Source: Macrostomum hystrix (taxonomy: Eukaryota > Animalia > Platyhelminthes). Taken from it: 64,000 nucleotides of DNA. Positions 48,614 through 60,984 of this stretch are shown here, in pieces. Position 1 is the first letter of the stretch, and the number at the start of each line of letters is the position of its first letter. The notes under the pieces were generated by a model. The model was not told the DNA's origin and searched no databases. It saw nothing but the letters and a program-made list of their open reading frames with translations. The stretch lies in contig CATNEN010000038.1 in the NCBI GenBank assembly GCA_950097015.1, forward strand, positions 35,092,001 to 35,156,000, given 5' to 3'. The position numbers and the translations under genes are program-made.

Positions 48614-49693
48614 CTAAACCCACTGCGAGATCACTTTGCTACTCCGTGGCGGTCTCGATATCTCATCCTCCATCGGCAGTTCCGCTGGGTTCGCTGACGC
48701 ATTCTGCCTTGTCATCAAGCCGCACTCACAAGTCTTGCACAGGTAGAAGAATATGCCTATATTGGCCAGCGAGATGGCATTGCACAGCACGTTGGACATC
48801 CAGAAGAAGCGGTTCATGCTGAAGTGCATTAGCGCCAGGATGCGAATCAAAATCACTGGCAGGTACAACAGCAGCAGCATCGCGTTCATCACCAGGAAGG
48901 CGACGAATGGACGTTTGTAACGATTCCGGTGCTGGCTAGTGAGTCCCTGATGCTGCTGCTGCTGCTGCTGCAGCGGCTGCATGTGCCTCCATAAAATGCG
49001 CATCACAGCTATGGAAGCCGAGAAGCCGAGGACAAACGGCAGTACAGCCTGCAGCGAGACGATCACGGAGCCGTTGATGATGTCCAGCATCGAAGAGGCC
49101 TGCGAGCCCATCAGCAGAGGCCGCACCAGCAGCGGGCCGAAAGCGTCGTTCGAGCACACGTGGCCGAAGCTGTGAAAAATCTGCGGCAAAGCAAATACAA
49201 AGGAATTGACGGCCAACATGAGGGCGGTGACGCTGAAACTGCGCCACTGCATCTTCTGCCGGTTGCGGAACATCCTGTAGCGAGCCAGCGCGATCACCGC
49301 CACCATCCAGTTGCGGAAGTACAGGCAGGACTGAGCAACCAGCTGGTTCAGGGCTAGCGCAACGCTGGCAATCATGCCCCACCGGAGCAGAGGGAACTCC
49401 CTGCAGACGCCAAAGATCAGCGAGACGGCGCTGTCAACCAGAAGACAGAAGGCGATAAAGATTTCAGCGCCAACAGTCACCCGCATCATCCCGGCCATGG
49501 CCTGGTCTGTGTTTCGATTGTCTCGCGATAGGCAAGCCACGGCTGCGAGGGCCAGAACAACGCCGAAGTAGGAGGCAAACATCACCGCCTGCATCTCCAC
49601 AGCGTCGCAGTCTGACCAGGACTCGTTGCCGTTGCGCCTCTGGGGCACCTCCGAGCAGATGTTAAAGCGCAGGATGATCGGATAGGGCAGCAT
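48614..49693 (-). CDS. Intronless divergent rhodopsin-class (class A) GPCR
   Basis: Seven hydrophobic segments; TM3 NWMVAVIALARY (DRY equivalent), TM4 FALP, TM5 VLPF, TM6 LYLP, ECL2 Cys, N-glycosylation site NES. Confidence 0.8.
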   Translation of the reverse strand: MLPYPIILRFNICSEVPQRRNGNESWSDCDAVEMQAVMFASYFGVVLALAAVACLSRDNRNTDQAMAGMMRVTVGAEIFIAFCLLVDSAVSLIFGVCREFPLLRWGMIASVALALNQLVAQSCLYFRNWMVAVIALARYRMFRNRQKMQWRSFSVTALMLAVNSFVFALPQIFHSFGHVCSNDAFGPLLVRPLLMGSQASSMLDIINGSVIVSLQAVLPFVLGFSASIAVMRILWRHMQPLQQQQQQHQGLTSQHRNRYKRPFVAFLVMNAMLLLLYLPVILIRILALMHFSMNRFFWMSNVLCNAISLANIGIFFYLCKTCECGLMTRQNASANPAELPMEDEISRPPRSSKVISQWV

Positions 49694-49764
49694 TACAGCT
49701 GACGGATCTGCGTTGGGGATGGCAGATTCACAGTCAGCTGCGGAGAACTCCGTGCACTAACTTC

Positions 49765-50352
49765 CTCCTCTCCTCTCCTCTCCTCTCCTCTCCTCTCCTC
49801 TCCTCTCCTCTCCTCTCCTCTCCTCTCCTCTCCTCTCCTCTCCTCTCCTCTCCTCTCCTCTCCTCTCCTCTCCTCTCCTCTCCTCTCCTCTCCTCTCCTC
49901 TCCTCCATTCTCTCCTCTATTCTCTCGTTTCCTTTTTCTTCTCTTTATCTCTTTCTCTCCCTCAATCTCTCACCACCTCTCTCCATCTCTCGTCCATCTC
50001 TCTTCATCTCTCTTCATCTCTCTCCATCTCTCTTCATCTCTCTCCATCTCTCTCCATCTCTCTCCATCTCTCTCCATCTCTCTTCATCTCTCTCCGTCTC
50101 TCTCCATCTCTCTCCATCTCTCTCCATCTCTCTCCATCTCTCTCCATCTCTCTCCATCGCTCTCCATCTCTCTCCATCTCTCTCCATCTCTCTCCATCTC
50201 TCTCCATCTCTCTCCATCTCTCTCCATCTCTCTCCATCTCTCTCCATCTCTCTCCATCTCTCTCCATCTCTCTCCATCTCTCTCCATCTCTCTCCATCTC
50301 TCTCCATCTCTCTCCATCTCTCTCCATCTCTCTCCATCTCTCTCTATCTCTC
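49765..50352. repeat. (CTCCT)n then (TCTCTCCATC)n pyrimidine tract
   Basis: Direct inspection. Confidence 0.95.
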
Positions 50353-51006
50353 CACATATGTCTTTATCACTGTCCCACTCTCTATACAATATCTTACGTC
50401 TCCTTATTTATTTTTCCAGTTATGCTTTCATCGTAGATTGGACTTTCCCAAGAGAAAGCTTAGAGAATAGTGAGCCTATCGAGTTAGCATATGAGCATGG
50501 GATATCGTCAATGCACATTAGGCCTACTCTCAGTTCTCAAGCTGCAAGACTCATTCAAGCTAATTAGCAGACTCTCCTACTAAGGGTGTGATTTATGGCA
50601 GAAAGTTAGTCCATGCGGACCTCATGTACTCATATGGTCACAATTCTATACACGTTTTTTCTTTTAAATGCCATCTAAAAGAAGACTGACTTATTGAAGG
50701 CTTGGAAGGATAGGAAGCATAGTGAAACTCACCTAGTGCAATAATTGAGGATTTTGTCCTCTCAAATTGGCCAGTTTTGCTAAGCTGAATTTATCTGATT
50801 CTCTCAGGCAGTTAATCTAGTTAGACTTTTATTCACCGCCCTTGACTATTTAAACTGGACCAGCTATTCTGCTGTGATTCTGCCTGTCCAATCCTGGAAC
50901 AGCAGCAGCAAGTCTTTGATCTGTGATATCCAATCAGCTTCTAGCGGATAGAGATGGCTTCATTATGCTAGTTTAGTTTAGCCCTGTCTCAGCCTTAGTA
51001 CTCATA

Positions 51007-52650
51007 GAGGGAGAGGGAAAGAAGGCGAGGGGAGAGGGTGAGAGGGAGAGAAGGTTAGGGGAGAGGGTGAGAGGGAGAGAAGGTTAGGGGAGAGGGTGAG
51101 AGGGAGAGAAGGTGAGGGGAGAGGGTGAGAAGGTGAGGGGAGAGGGAGAGAAGGTGAGGGGAGAGGGTGAGAAGGTGAGGGGAGAGGGTGAGAAGGTGAG
51201 GGGAGAGGGTGAGAAGGTGAGGGGAGAGGGAGAGAAGGTGAGGGGAGAGGGTGAGAAGGTGAGGGGAGAGGGTGAGAAAAGTGAGGGGAGAGGGAGAGAA
51301 GGTGAGGGGAGAGGGTGAGAAGGTGAGGGGAGAGGGTGAGAAGGTGAGGGGAGAGGGAGAGAAGGTGAGGGGAGAGGGTGAGAAGGTGACGGGAGAGGGA
51401 GAGAAGGTGAGGGGATAGGGTGAGAAGGTGAGGGGAGAGGGTGAGAAGGTGAGGGGAGAGGGAGAGAAGGTGAGGGGAGAGGGTGAGAAGGTGAGGGGAG
51501 AGGGTGAGAAAGGTGAGGGGAGAGAGTGAGAAAGGTGAGGGGAGAGAGTGAGAAGGTGAGGAGAGAGAGTGAGAAGGTGAGGGGAGAGGGAGAGAAGGTG
51601 AGGAGAGAGAGTGAGAAGGTGAGGGGAGAGGGAGAGAAGGTGAGGGGAGAGGGTGAGAGGGGGAGAAGGTGACGGGAGAGGGAGAGAAGGTGAGGGGAGA
51701 GGGGGAGAAGGTGAGGGGAGAGGGTGAGAGGGGGAGAAGGTGAGGGGATAGGGAGAGAAGGTGAGGGGAGAGGGTGAGAGGGGGAGAAGGTGAGGGGAGA
51801 GGGTGAGAGTGGGAGAAGGTGAGGGGAGAGGGAGAGAAGGTGAGGGGAGAGGGTGAGAGTGGGAGAAGGTGAGGGGAGAGGGGGAGAAGGTGAGGGGAGA
51901 GGGTGAGAAGGTGAGGGGAGAGGGTGAGAAGGTGAGGGGAGAGGGAGAGAAGGTGAGGGGAGAGGGTGAGAAGGTGAGAGGAGAGGGAGAGAAGGTGAGG
52001 GGATAGGGTGAGAAGGTGAGGGGAGAGGGTGAGAAGGTGAGGGGAGAGGGAGAGAAGGTGAGGGGAGAGGGTGAGAAGGTGAGGGGAGAGGGTGAGAAAG
52101 GTGAGGGGAGAGAGTGAGAAAGGTGAGGGGAGAGAGTGAGAAAGTGAGGAGAGAGGGAGAGAAGGTGAGGGGAGAGGGTGAGAAGGTGAGGGGAGAGGGT
52201 GAGAAAGGTGAGGGGAGAGAGTGAGAAAGGTGAGGGGAGAGAGTGAGAAGGTGAGGAGAGAGAGTGAGAAGGTGAGGGGAGAGGGAGAGAAGGTGAGGGG
52301 AGAGGGTGAGAGAGTGAGAAGGTGAGGGGAGAGGGAGAGAAGGTGAGGGGAGAGGGTGAGAGGGGGAGAAGGTGACGGGAGAGGGAGAGAAGGTGAGGGG
52401 AGAGGGGGAGAAGGTGAGGGGAGAGGGTGAGAGGGGGAGAAGGTGAGGGGAGAGGGAGAGAAGGTGAGGGGAGAGGGTGAGAGGGGGAGAAGGTGACGGG
52501 AGAGGGAGAGAAGGTGAGGGGAGAGGGGGAGAAGGTGAGGGGAGAGGGTGAGAGGGGGAGAAGGTGAGGGGATAGGGAGAGAAGGTGAGGGGAGAGGGTG
52601 AGAGTGGGAGAAGGTGAGGGGAGAGGGGGAGAAGGTGAGGGGAGAGGGTG
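51007..52650. repeat. Purine-rich ~21-bp repeat
   Basis: Unit gagaaggtgaggggagagggW. Confidence 0.95.
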
Positions 52651-53054
52651 CGGCAAAATCAAATGAGGGTTATTTCTAGTTCCGTTGATCACCAGTACAG
52701 GCCGTGTCTTTCTTCGCGGGTTTATGAAAGCATATTTTAGCTTGTAGCCGGGCCAATGGCAAGAATACCATAGAATTTGGCACTACACGCACCTGATTCT
52801 TTAGCTTCCTGTCGTGCTGAGGAAGACATTGTAGTGGGACAATTTACCCGAATTAATTAGCTTTTCTTCATGTCTGTGGCCGCTATGGCACAATTATGTA
52901 TTGTCAGGCCTTGGTAACCGTTTCCTTGGACAACAAAGTCCTTTGTGATCCTCCGCTTGCGCTAACAATACACCGCCCACCAGCTCAACTCCGCCCACTC
53001 CACCTTGCTCTACTCATCTCTACGACTGACTGCCACTAACCAACTCTCCTTGCC

Positions 53055-54060
53055 TCTCCATCTCTCTCAATGTCACTCCATCTCTGTCCATCTCTCTCCG
53101 TCTCTCTCCGTCTCTCTCCATCTCTCTCCATCTCTCTCCATCTCTCTCCATCTCTATTCATCTCTCTCTACCTCTCTCCATCTCTCTCCATCTCTCTCTA
53201 TCTCTCTCCATCTCTCTCCATCTCTCTCTATCTCTCTCCATCTCTCACCATCTGTCTCCATCTCTCTCCATCTCTCTCTATCTCTCTCCATCTCTCACCA
53301 TCTGTCTCCATCTCTCTCCATCTCTCTCCATCTCTCTCCATCTCTCTCCATCTCTCTCCATCTCTCTCTATCTCTCTCCATCTCTCTCCATCTCTCACCA
53401 TCTCTCTCCATCTCTCTCCATCTCTCTCCATCTCTCTCCATCTCTCTCCATCTCTCTCTATCTCTCTCCATCTCTCTCCATCTCTCACCATCTCTCTCCA
53501 TCTCTCTCCATCTCTCTCCATCGTATTCAGTCTCTCTCCATCCCCTCTCCATATCTCTCCATCTCTCTCCATCTCTCTCCATCTCTCTCTATCTCTCTCC
53601 ATCTCTCTCCATCTCTCACCATCTCTCTCCATCTCTCTCCATCTCTCTCCATCGTATTCAGTCTCTCTCCATCCCCTCTCCATATCTCTCCATCGTATTC
53701 AATCTCTCTCCATCCCCTCTCCATATCTCTCCATCGTATTCAATCTCTCTCCATCCCCTCTTCATATCTCTCCATCGTATTCAATCTCTCTCCATCCCCT
53801 CTCCATATCTCTCCATCGTATTCAATCTCTCTCCATCCCCTCTTCATATCTCTCCATCGTATTCAATCTCTCTCCATCCCCTCTTCATATCTCTCCATCG
53901 TATTCAATCTCTCTCCATCCCCTCTCCATATCTCTCCATCATATTCAATCTCTCTCCATCCCCTCTCCATATCTCTCCATCATATTCAATCTCTCTCCAT
54001 CCCCTCTCCATATCTCTCCATCATATTCAATCTCTCTCCATCCCCTCTCCATATCTCTGT
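53055..54060. repeat. (TCTCTCCATC)n and a derived ~41-bp repeat
   Basis: Direct inspection. Confidence 0.95.
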
Positions 54061-54592
54061 GACTTACCTCTCTCTCACTCTTGGTCAGTTTGGAGAAAAT
54101 CGGTAACCGCAAGCAAGCACCACCTGGCAAATAGGCAATAATTAACTTTTCTAGGAATCCTATAGTGCTAGTCCTTCCTTCGCAATTGTCATGTGATTTA
54201 ATTATCGCTTCTGAGTATCAATTGCTTATAGATAATAAGATAATTATTTTAGTTCTTTATAATTAAATCAATTGTGTGCCTTGAATTCTGATCAACTGTC
54301 GCAGGCTGTCTGTAATAAATCTGTATCCCAGAGCTGAAATAAGCTTCAGTGATCGAAGGCCACCCTCGAGCCGATGAAAATTTACTGACTTTCTTAATTG
54401 GATGAAATCTGCATTGATTTTTTTTCGAAGCTTGCAGAATTGAAGATCTAGAGGAAGATAGTCACGTGATCTAGTCTGGCCTAAGGTCTGGAGCAGCCAC
54501 AGCTAAATACTCGCTTGCTTGCCAACGGATTTAACTGCTGAATGATGTAAAATATTCTCAGTAACTGGGCGGCATGTGTATAAACTGCAAGC

Positions 54593-55465
54593 ACCCATCC
54601 ATACATCCATTCAAACATCCATCAATCCATACATCAATTCATCTATCCATCCATCAATCCATCCATCAATTCATCTATCCATACATCAATCCATCCATCA
54701 ATTCATCTATCCATACATCAATCCATCCATCAATTCATCTATCCATACATCAATCCATGCATCAATCCATCCATCAATATATCCATCCATCCATCCATCC
54801 ATCAATCTATCCATCCATCCATCCATCCATCCATCAATCCATACATCAATTCATCTATCCATCCATCCATCCATCCATCCATCCATCAATCCATACATCA
54901 ATTCATCTATCCATCCATCCATCCATCCATCCATCAATCCATACATCAATTCATCTATTCATCCATCAATCCATGCAACAATCCATCCATCAATATATCC
55001 ATCCATCCATCCATCCATCAATATATCCATCCATCCATCCATCCATCAATCTATCCATCCATCCATCCATCCATCAATCTATCCATCCATACATCCATCA
55101 ATCTATCCATCCATCCATCCATCCATCAATCTATCCATCCATACATCCATCAATCTATCCATCCATCCATCCATCAATCTATCCATCCATCCATCCATCA
55201 ATCTATCCATCCATCCATCAATCTATCCATCCATCCATCCATCAATCTATCCATCCATCCATACATCCATCAATCTATCCATCCATCCATCCATCAATCT
55301 ATCCATCCATCCATCAATCTATCCATGCATCCATCGATCCATCAATCTATCCATCCATCCATCCATCCATCTATCCATCCATCCATCCATCAATCTATCC
55401 ATCCATCTATCCATCCATCTATCCATCCATCCATCCATCAATCTATCCATCCATCCATCCATCCA
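54593..55465. repeat. (TCCA)n-type microsatellite
   Basis: Direct inspection. Confidence 0.95.
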
Positions 55466-56026
55466 ACAACCCACCCATCAATCAAACCTGGAGCCGACTA
55501 ATGAGTTTATAATCGCCCGTCAGTATATTCGCAGTCGTACTAATAAACAAATAAAAGTGCAGGCGACCCACTAGCGGCAATTGCACAAAAAGAAGTTGAG
55601 ACGCACTCGGTTGAGCACAGCCGCAGGTAAGCAGTGACGAGCACACAGGAACAAACAGGTAATTGGACATTTTGATAGGCATTGCATTAGCATTCAGCAG
55701 TAAATAGTTGGTTGCCTTCGTCTTTGACCAATGAAAAGCTTTAGTCTAACTTGTTCACTAACCAGTCTGTACAATATGTTTAGTCGCATAGATACTACAA
55801 ACCCTTTGATTCAAAGCTGGTGGGGCTGTACTAAGGGCTAAGTGTGGCCTGGCAACAACAACAAAGCTTTTAGCTCTCTAACTCTCTCAATTCTATGCCA
55901 CTTTATATTCAAAGAATGTAGCAATTTATAATGCTCTGCTGTAGACTCAAACTCAAATTCTGCTTAGACAGGCAGAAAATTAATCTAAATCGTTTAACTC
56001 GCAACTCTAGCCTATAGACTCAAAGC

Positions 56027-56401
56027 ATGAGCACAGCCGTACTGCAGCACAGACTCCGCCACCAGCATCATGTGCATTACAGAGATCAACTGGAGCCAGA
56101 GCTGCCGCCTAGAGTAGACGGCCGACACCTCGCTGTAGCTTCTAACAACAGATTCTTCGCTCATCTTGGTTTTCGGCGCCTTGGAAGCAGCAGCGGCGGC
56201 AGCAGCAGCAGCAGCTACAGGGGTGTTAATGTCGCGAGGGCACTGGATAGCCAACGGCGTATAGACGATGACGTCACCAATAAGCAAAAGAGACAATTTT
56301 TGTGTCTCAGCGGCCGAAGTGCAAGCAAGTTGGACTCAAACGATGGTTGTGCTGAAATTCTTGAGCAGGCAAATAAGCCGAAGGGGCAGTCAAGGCAGAC
56401 G
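56027..56401 (+). CDS. Uncharacterised polyQ-containing protein, exon 1
   Basis: ATG 9 nt after acceptor cctatag; ACG|gtaaat donor. Four exons total 1842 nt (613 aa) with consistent phases. Confidence 0.6.
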
Positions 56402-56434
56402 GTAAATTATGGAATAGATAGATTTCACATTAGT

Positions 56435-56580
56435 TCACAATCTGTCTCACCGTCTCACAATCTGTCTCACCGTCTCACAATCTGTCTCACCGTCTCACAA
56501 TCTGTCTCACCTTCTCACAATCTGTCTCACCTTCTCACAACCTGCCTCACCGTCTCACAATCTGCCTCATTTTCTCTCAC
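56435..56580. repeat. 20-bp minisatellite
   Basis: Unit tctcacaatctgtctcaccg. Confidence 0.9.
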
Positions 56581-56959
56581 CTCTCGATGCGCATTTTTTC
56601 AGACTTTGCTGGCAAATTTCGTCTAATTAAATAACAGACCAACCTGCTAAGAATTTTTGCCAGTCTTGCAACAGCTGATGTCCGAACCTTTACTGATTGG
56701 GTATCCGATCGAAAGCTAAAGCCAAGCGACCAAACACTCGTATAATGCTATTTGCCTGACGCACAATTTTTATGCTTGCACTTTCTAGATTTTTGTTCTG
56801 CACATGGGGCCTCATTATTTGATAATCCGACAAGCTATCTTACATTTACACTACGGCGGTCTCCACTCTGACAATAAAAAATCTATGATCGTCAAACCGA
56901 ATTCCACTTGCATATATTAAATCTGCACTCGACTGGACAGTCGAAATTACTTCCTCTTT

Positions 56960-57722
56960 TTGTCTGTCCCAGTTGTCTGTCCATCCCTGGTGTCCATCTA
57001 TCCCGGGTGTCCATCTGTCCCGGGTGTCCATCTGTCCCGGGTGTCCATCTGTCCCGGGTGTCCATCTATCCCGGGTGTCCATCTGTCCCGGGTGTCCATC
57101 TGTCCCGGGTGTCCATCTGTCCCAGGTGTCCATCTATCCCGGGTGTCCATCTGTCCCGGGTGTCTATCTGTCTGCCCCGGATGTCCATCTTTCCCGGGTG
57201 TCCATCTGTCTGCCTCGGGTGTCCATCTGTCCCGGGTGTCCATCTGTCCCGGGTGTCCATCTGTCCTGGGTGTCTGTCTGTCCTGGGTGTCTGTCTGTGC
57301 TGGATGTCTGTCTGTTCTGGGTGTCTGTCTGTTCTGGGTGTCTGTCTGTTCTGGATGTCTGTCTGTTCTGGGTGTCTGTCTGTGCTGGATGTCTGTCTGT
57401 TCTGGGTGTCTGTCTGTTCTGGGTGTCTGTCTGTTCTGGATGTCTGTCTGTTCTGGGTGTCTGTCTGTGCTGGATGTCTGTCTGTTTTGGGTGTCTGTCT
57501 GTCCTGGGTGTCTGTCTGTGCTGGATGTCTGTCTGTTCTGGGTGTCTGTCTGTGCTGGATGTCTGTCTGTTCTGGGTGTCTGTCTGTCCTGGGTGTCTGT
57601 CTGTGCTGGATGTCTATCTGTTCTGGGTGTCTGTCTGTTCTGGGTGTCTGTCTGTTCTGGATGTCTGTCTGTTCGGTCATCTGTCCCGGGTGTCCATCTG
57701 TCCCGGTTGTCCATCTGTCCCA
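56960..57722. repeat. 18-bp minisatellites
   Basis: gtgtccatctgtcccggg and gtgtctgtctgttctgg units. Confidence 0.9.
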
Positions 57723-57834
57723 TCTTTTTTCTGCTTTTAGCGTGACCTAGATGTTTCTGTAAGGCACTCTTACACAATGGTGTGGGTGCCTCTCGCCGCC
57801 TACCAATCCAGTTTGGGCAACTCCGCTCCCGCAG

Positions 57835-58296
57835 GGTTCGCCCATAGACAGTCTGTTCGCGTCGCCCGAGCCGCCAGTTCGCGTGTCTTCAGAGCTGCGC
57901 GCCAGCCTACTGAGCTTCGAAAGCAGCGGCCTGTTGCTGCAGAGCTTTTGGCAGCCGGAGGTCAATCCCCTCGGTGACGAGACGAAGGCTGACAAAGATC
58001 AAAGCGCGCCGCTTTTCAAACAGCGCGACCTGACCCAACTGACTGGCGGCGACAGCAACAGTTCATCGGCTGTCCGAGGCACCAGCGGATGCGTGATTGC
58101 GGGCGAAATCTGTGGCAGCTCAGCTGTGATTGGCCAGAATGGTAGGCGAATAAATCTGCGTACAGCTTGGTCAGACACACCAGAGCTGAAGGCTCAGCGA
58201 AGATTGAGCTACCATAGCCTGCGGCTGGCCGGGCAACCCGTTGAGACAAGCGTCCACCTGTCCTGGGCTGCCCAGATGCAGGATCCAGCTGTGAAG
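57835..58296 (+). CDS. Uncharacterised protein, exon 2
   Basis: cccgcag acceptor, GSPIDSLFASPEPPVRVSSEL..., AAG|gtgcga donor, phase 0; acceptor position uncertain. Confidence 0.5.
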
Positions 58297-58334
58297 GTGC
58301 GACACCTTCTCGCATATTTGTTACTCACTGGCTG

Positions 58335-58650
58335 GTCCTGAATGCCTGTCCTGAATGTCTGTCCTGAATGCCTGTCCTGAATGCCTGTCCTAAATGCCTG
58401 TCCTGAATGCCTGTCCTGAATGCCTGTCCTGAATGCCTGTCCTGAATGTCTGTCTTAAATGCCTGTCCTGAATGCCTGTCCTGAATGTCTGTCGTGAATG
58501 TCTGTCCTGAATGCCTGTCCTGAATGTCTGTCCTGAATGCCTGTCCTGAATGCCTGTCCTGAATGCCTGTCCTGAATGCCTGTCCTGAATGCCTGTCCTG
58601 AATGCCTGTCCTGAATGTCTGTCATGAATATCTGTCCGAGCTGTCTGTCC
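58335..58650. repeat. 13-bp minisatellite
   Basis: Unit tgtcctgaatgcc. Confidence 0.92.
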
Positions 58651-58662
58651 GAATTCTTTTAG

Positions 58663-58947
58663 ATTCTGGAGAGCTCTACGCCACCGCTGTCACAAGGCAG
58701 AAAGATGAATTACAAGCTTCAACAGCAGCGGCAGCAGCAGCGGTGGCTGCAGGCCCGGGATGACAGCGCCGACACTGCGGAGGTGCTGGCAAAAGTGCAG
58801 GCTGGTTCTGGCACTGCGCATTCGCCTCTGAAGGCTTCGGCTCTGTTTCACGCGAAGAGATTCTCCCGATCTCTGAATAATAAATTCTTGTCAGTTGAGG
58901 GGCATGAAACCAGATTGAATGTGCAGCTTGGCGATCTGTTGGTTTGC

Positions 58948-59000
<53 letters not shown>

Positions 59001-59085
59001 GCAGCAGTTGCTACCGAAACTTTCAATACGGCAAACGGCTCAGGCAGAGCCTGCTAGAGACATTGAGGTCAACCATCACGGGCCT

Positions 59086-59116
<31 letters not shown>

Positions 59117-59216
59117 CAGTTACAGATACCGAGGCAAAAATTAAGAAGTCGACAAAACAGCAAAGAAAGCAGGCAAAACATGGCCCTTCTACGGGTGGAA
59201 AAATTGCCACTGGAAG
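58663..59216 (+). CDS. Uncharacterised protein, exon 3 (two polyQ tracts)
   Basis: ttcttttag acceptor, phase 0; AG|gtgaga donor, phase 2. Confidence 0.6.
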
Positions 59217-59683
59217 GTGAGATTGGGGTACTCACAAAATTCACTTACAAATCACATCGTCGGGATATTCAACGATTCTCGTAAGGCTGTCTTGTGGCAA
59301 AAGCCACAAAATATAGCCATAATTTTTCTGTCCGTGCCCAAGGGCCTTGAAAGTCTTCTGAACTACATTTTTACTCGCTGCTTGATTTAGCCCACAGACA
59401 AGCACTAATGCGGTGAGAATGACATAAATGAGCAGTGAATTAGCTGCCGACACAACTGTCATTGTCAGGAACAAAATTTAGTGTAACTAGATTTTTAAGA
59501 TACCGGATTTTCAATTAACAGTTGAAACAAGATTTTTTTCAGTTGTCATTTCAGTTTTAGAATAGAAAAATCGAGATGAAAATGTAGGACACCGATTTCA
59601 TTTCATTCCATTTCATTCCATTTCATTCCATTTCATTCCATTTCATTGATAGTGTCATACCCCAATTCTTTCAACCTCGCCAG

Positions 59684-60134
59684 ATCGATCTCAAAATCGG
59701 CACCGTCAGCTCGGAGATCTGACGGGTCGGCCTCCTTCGTGCCCATCGTCACCCAGCTGTCAACTCCGGCTATATCAGCCGCCACCGCTGCCAATCACAG
59801 AAGGCAGACCCAAGGTGCCAAGCCGACGGTGGCAAAGTTGTCGCTATCGCTAGCCGATGCTCGCGACGAGCTGGACATTGGCAACAGAGCCTACTCCAAT
59901 CCGTTGCCATCGACGCCGAAAGCCGACGATGACTTTGTCGACTATTTCTCTGAGGCGCAGTCTGGGGATGAGGCTGAACACTCTGGCGAAGTCTTGCTAG
60001 TTCCCGTCATGGCTGAGGAAGAGCTGAAGGACGCCTGCGAGGATGCGGCCAACTTGAATCTGTCTAGAGTGTCGCTGACATCAACTCGAGTCGATCAAGA
60101 GCATCGGGAGGCTGACGACGAAGATGATGATTGA
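59684..60134 (+). CDS. Uncharacterised protein, terminal exon (acidic tail)
   Basis: ctcgccag acceptor completes the AG|A codon; ends EADDEDDD-TGA. Confidence 0.6.
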
Positions 60135-60189
60135 ATGATATCAACTGCTCAGCTATTCGATTTATAATCGTATTATGCCTTGAAATCGA

Positions 60190-60495
60190 GATAATAAAGA
60201 TAATAATATAAATAAATAATATGCCGTAATAACTGCAGGTGGGCTGCGGGCAACGGCACATAATTTGGTGACACTAGACCCGCAGCCGGCGAGGAGGCAA
60301 TTCTGCCCATTTCGCTGTCTCCTGAGCACACACGCACACAGATACAGTACGCAGAGACACACTCACACAGGTGTGTACATCTGCCGCTGACTTTCTCATT
60401 TTCAGGCAGTGTACACTCTCACTGTGCCTTGCTAGTTGGCCATCAAGGGCGTCAATTGCACGATAAGCCCCCAAGCCTTCTCTCCGCGGCTGCAC
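60190..60495 (-). mobile_element. SINE-like retroelement, copy C
   Basis: Reverse complement aligns along copy A (gaaggctt...cacagtga...gtacactgcctga...ggctgcgggtctagtgtcaccaaattatgtgcc...AT tail). Confidence 0.75.
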
Positions 60496-60984
60496 CCCAA
60501 ATTAAAAAGAAAACGGAAAAATTGTTTAAAATTATTCATTTTTATTTAATGAACTGGTTTTAGTAGGTCTCGAAAAATACAAGACAACAAAATTACTTTT
60601 TTTAATTCGTAAATTCTAGATTTTTCCAAAAAAATTTACAACGATGTTCCTTCTGACAATTTGCTTTACACTTTACTTTCCTAAAGTAGCAAGGTGAGTA
60701 AGTTCTGTAAAGTCATATAAAAGACTGGAAAACTCTGTGTATCAATATTTTTTTTCTTTGCCACTGAAAAACACGCACTGCCCTAAAAACTTGACTCAAA
60801 GTACAGGATTAAGATCACTGCCTTGTAATTCAGACTTTTATTGTAATTAAATTTCTTGAACACGTTTAACATTAGAGGTCAATAAGGAGATCGCTTAAAA
60901 AGATTGCAATGGAGAAAGATTGGAGAAGGAAGAAAATGTAAATATTAATAGATAGAAAATAGGGGAGGTAGGTAAGTAGAAGTT

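Noticed and set aside
49693-55574. ORFs such as (MERDGERWRE)n, (SPSPLTF)n and (HPSI)n
   Set aside because: Translations of simple-sequence repeats
56846-57777. Cys-rich ORFs of 200-280 aa
   Set aside because: Products of 18-bp intronic minisatellites
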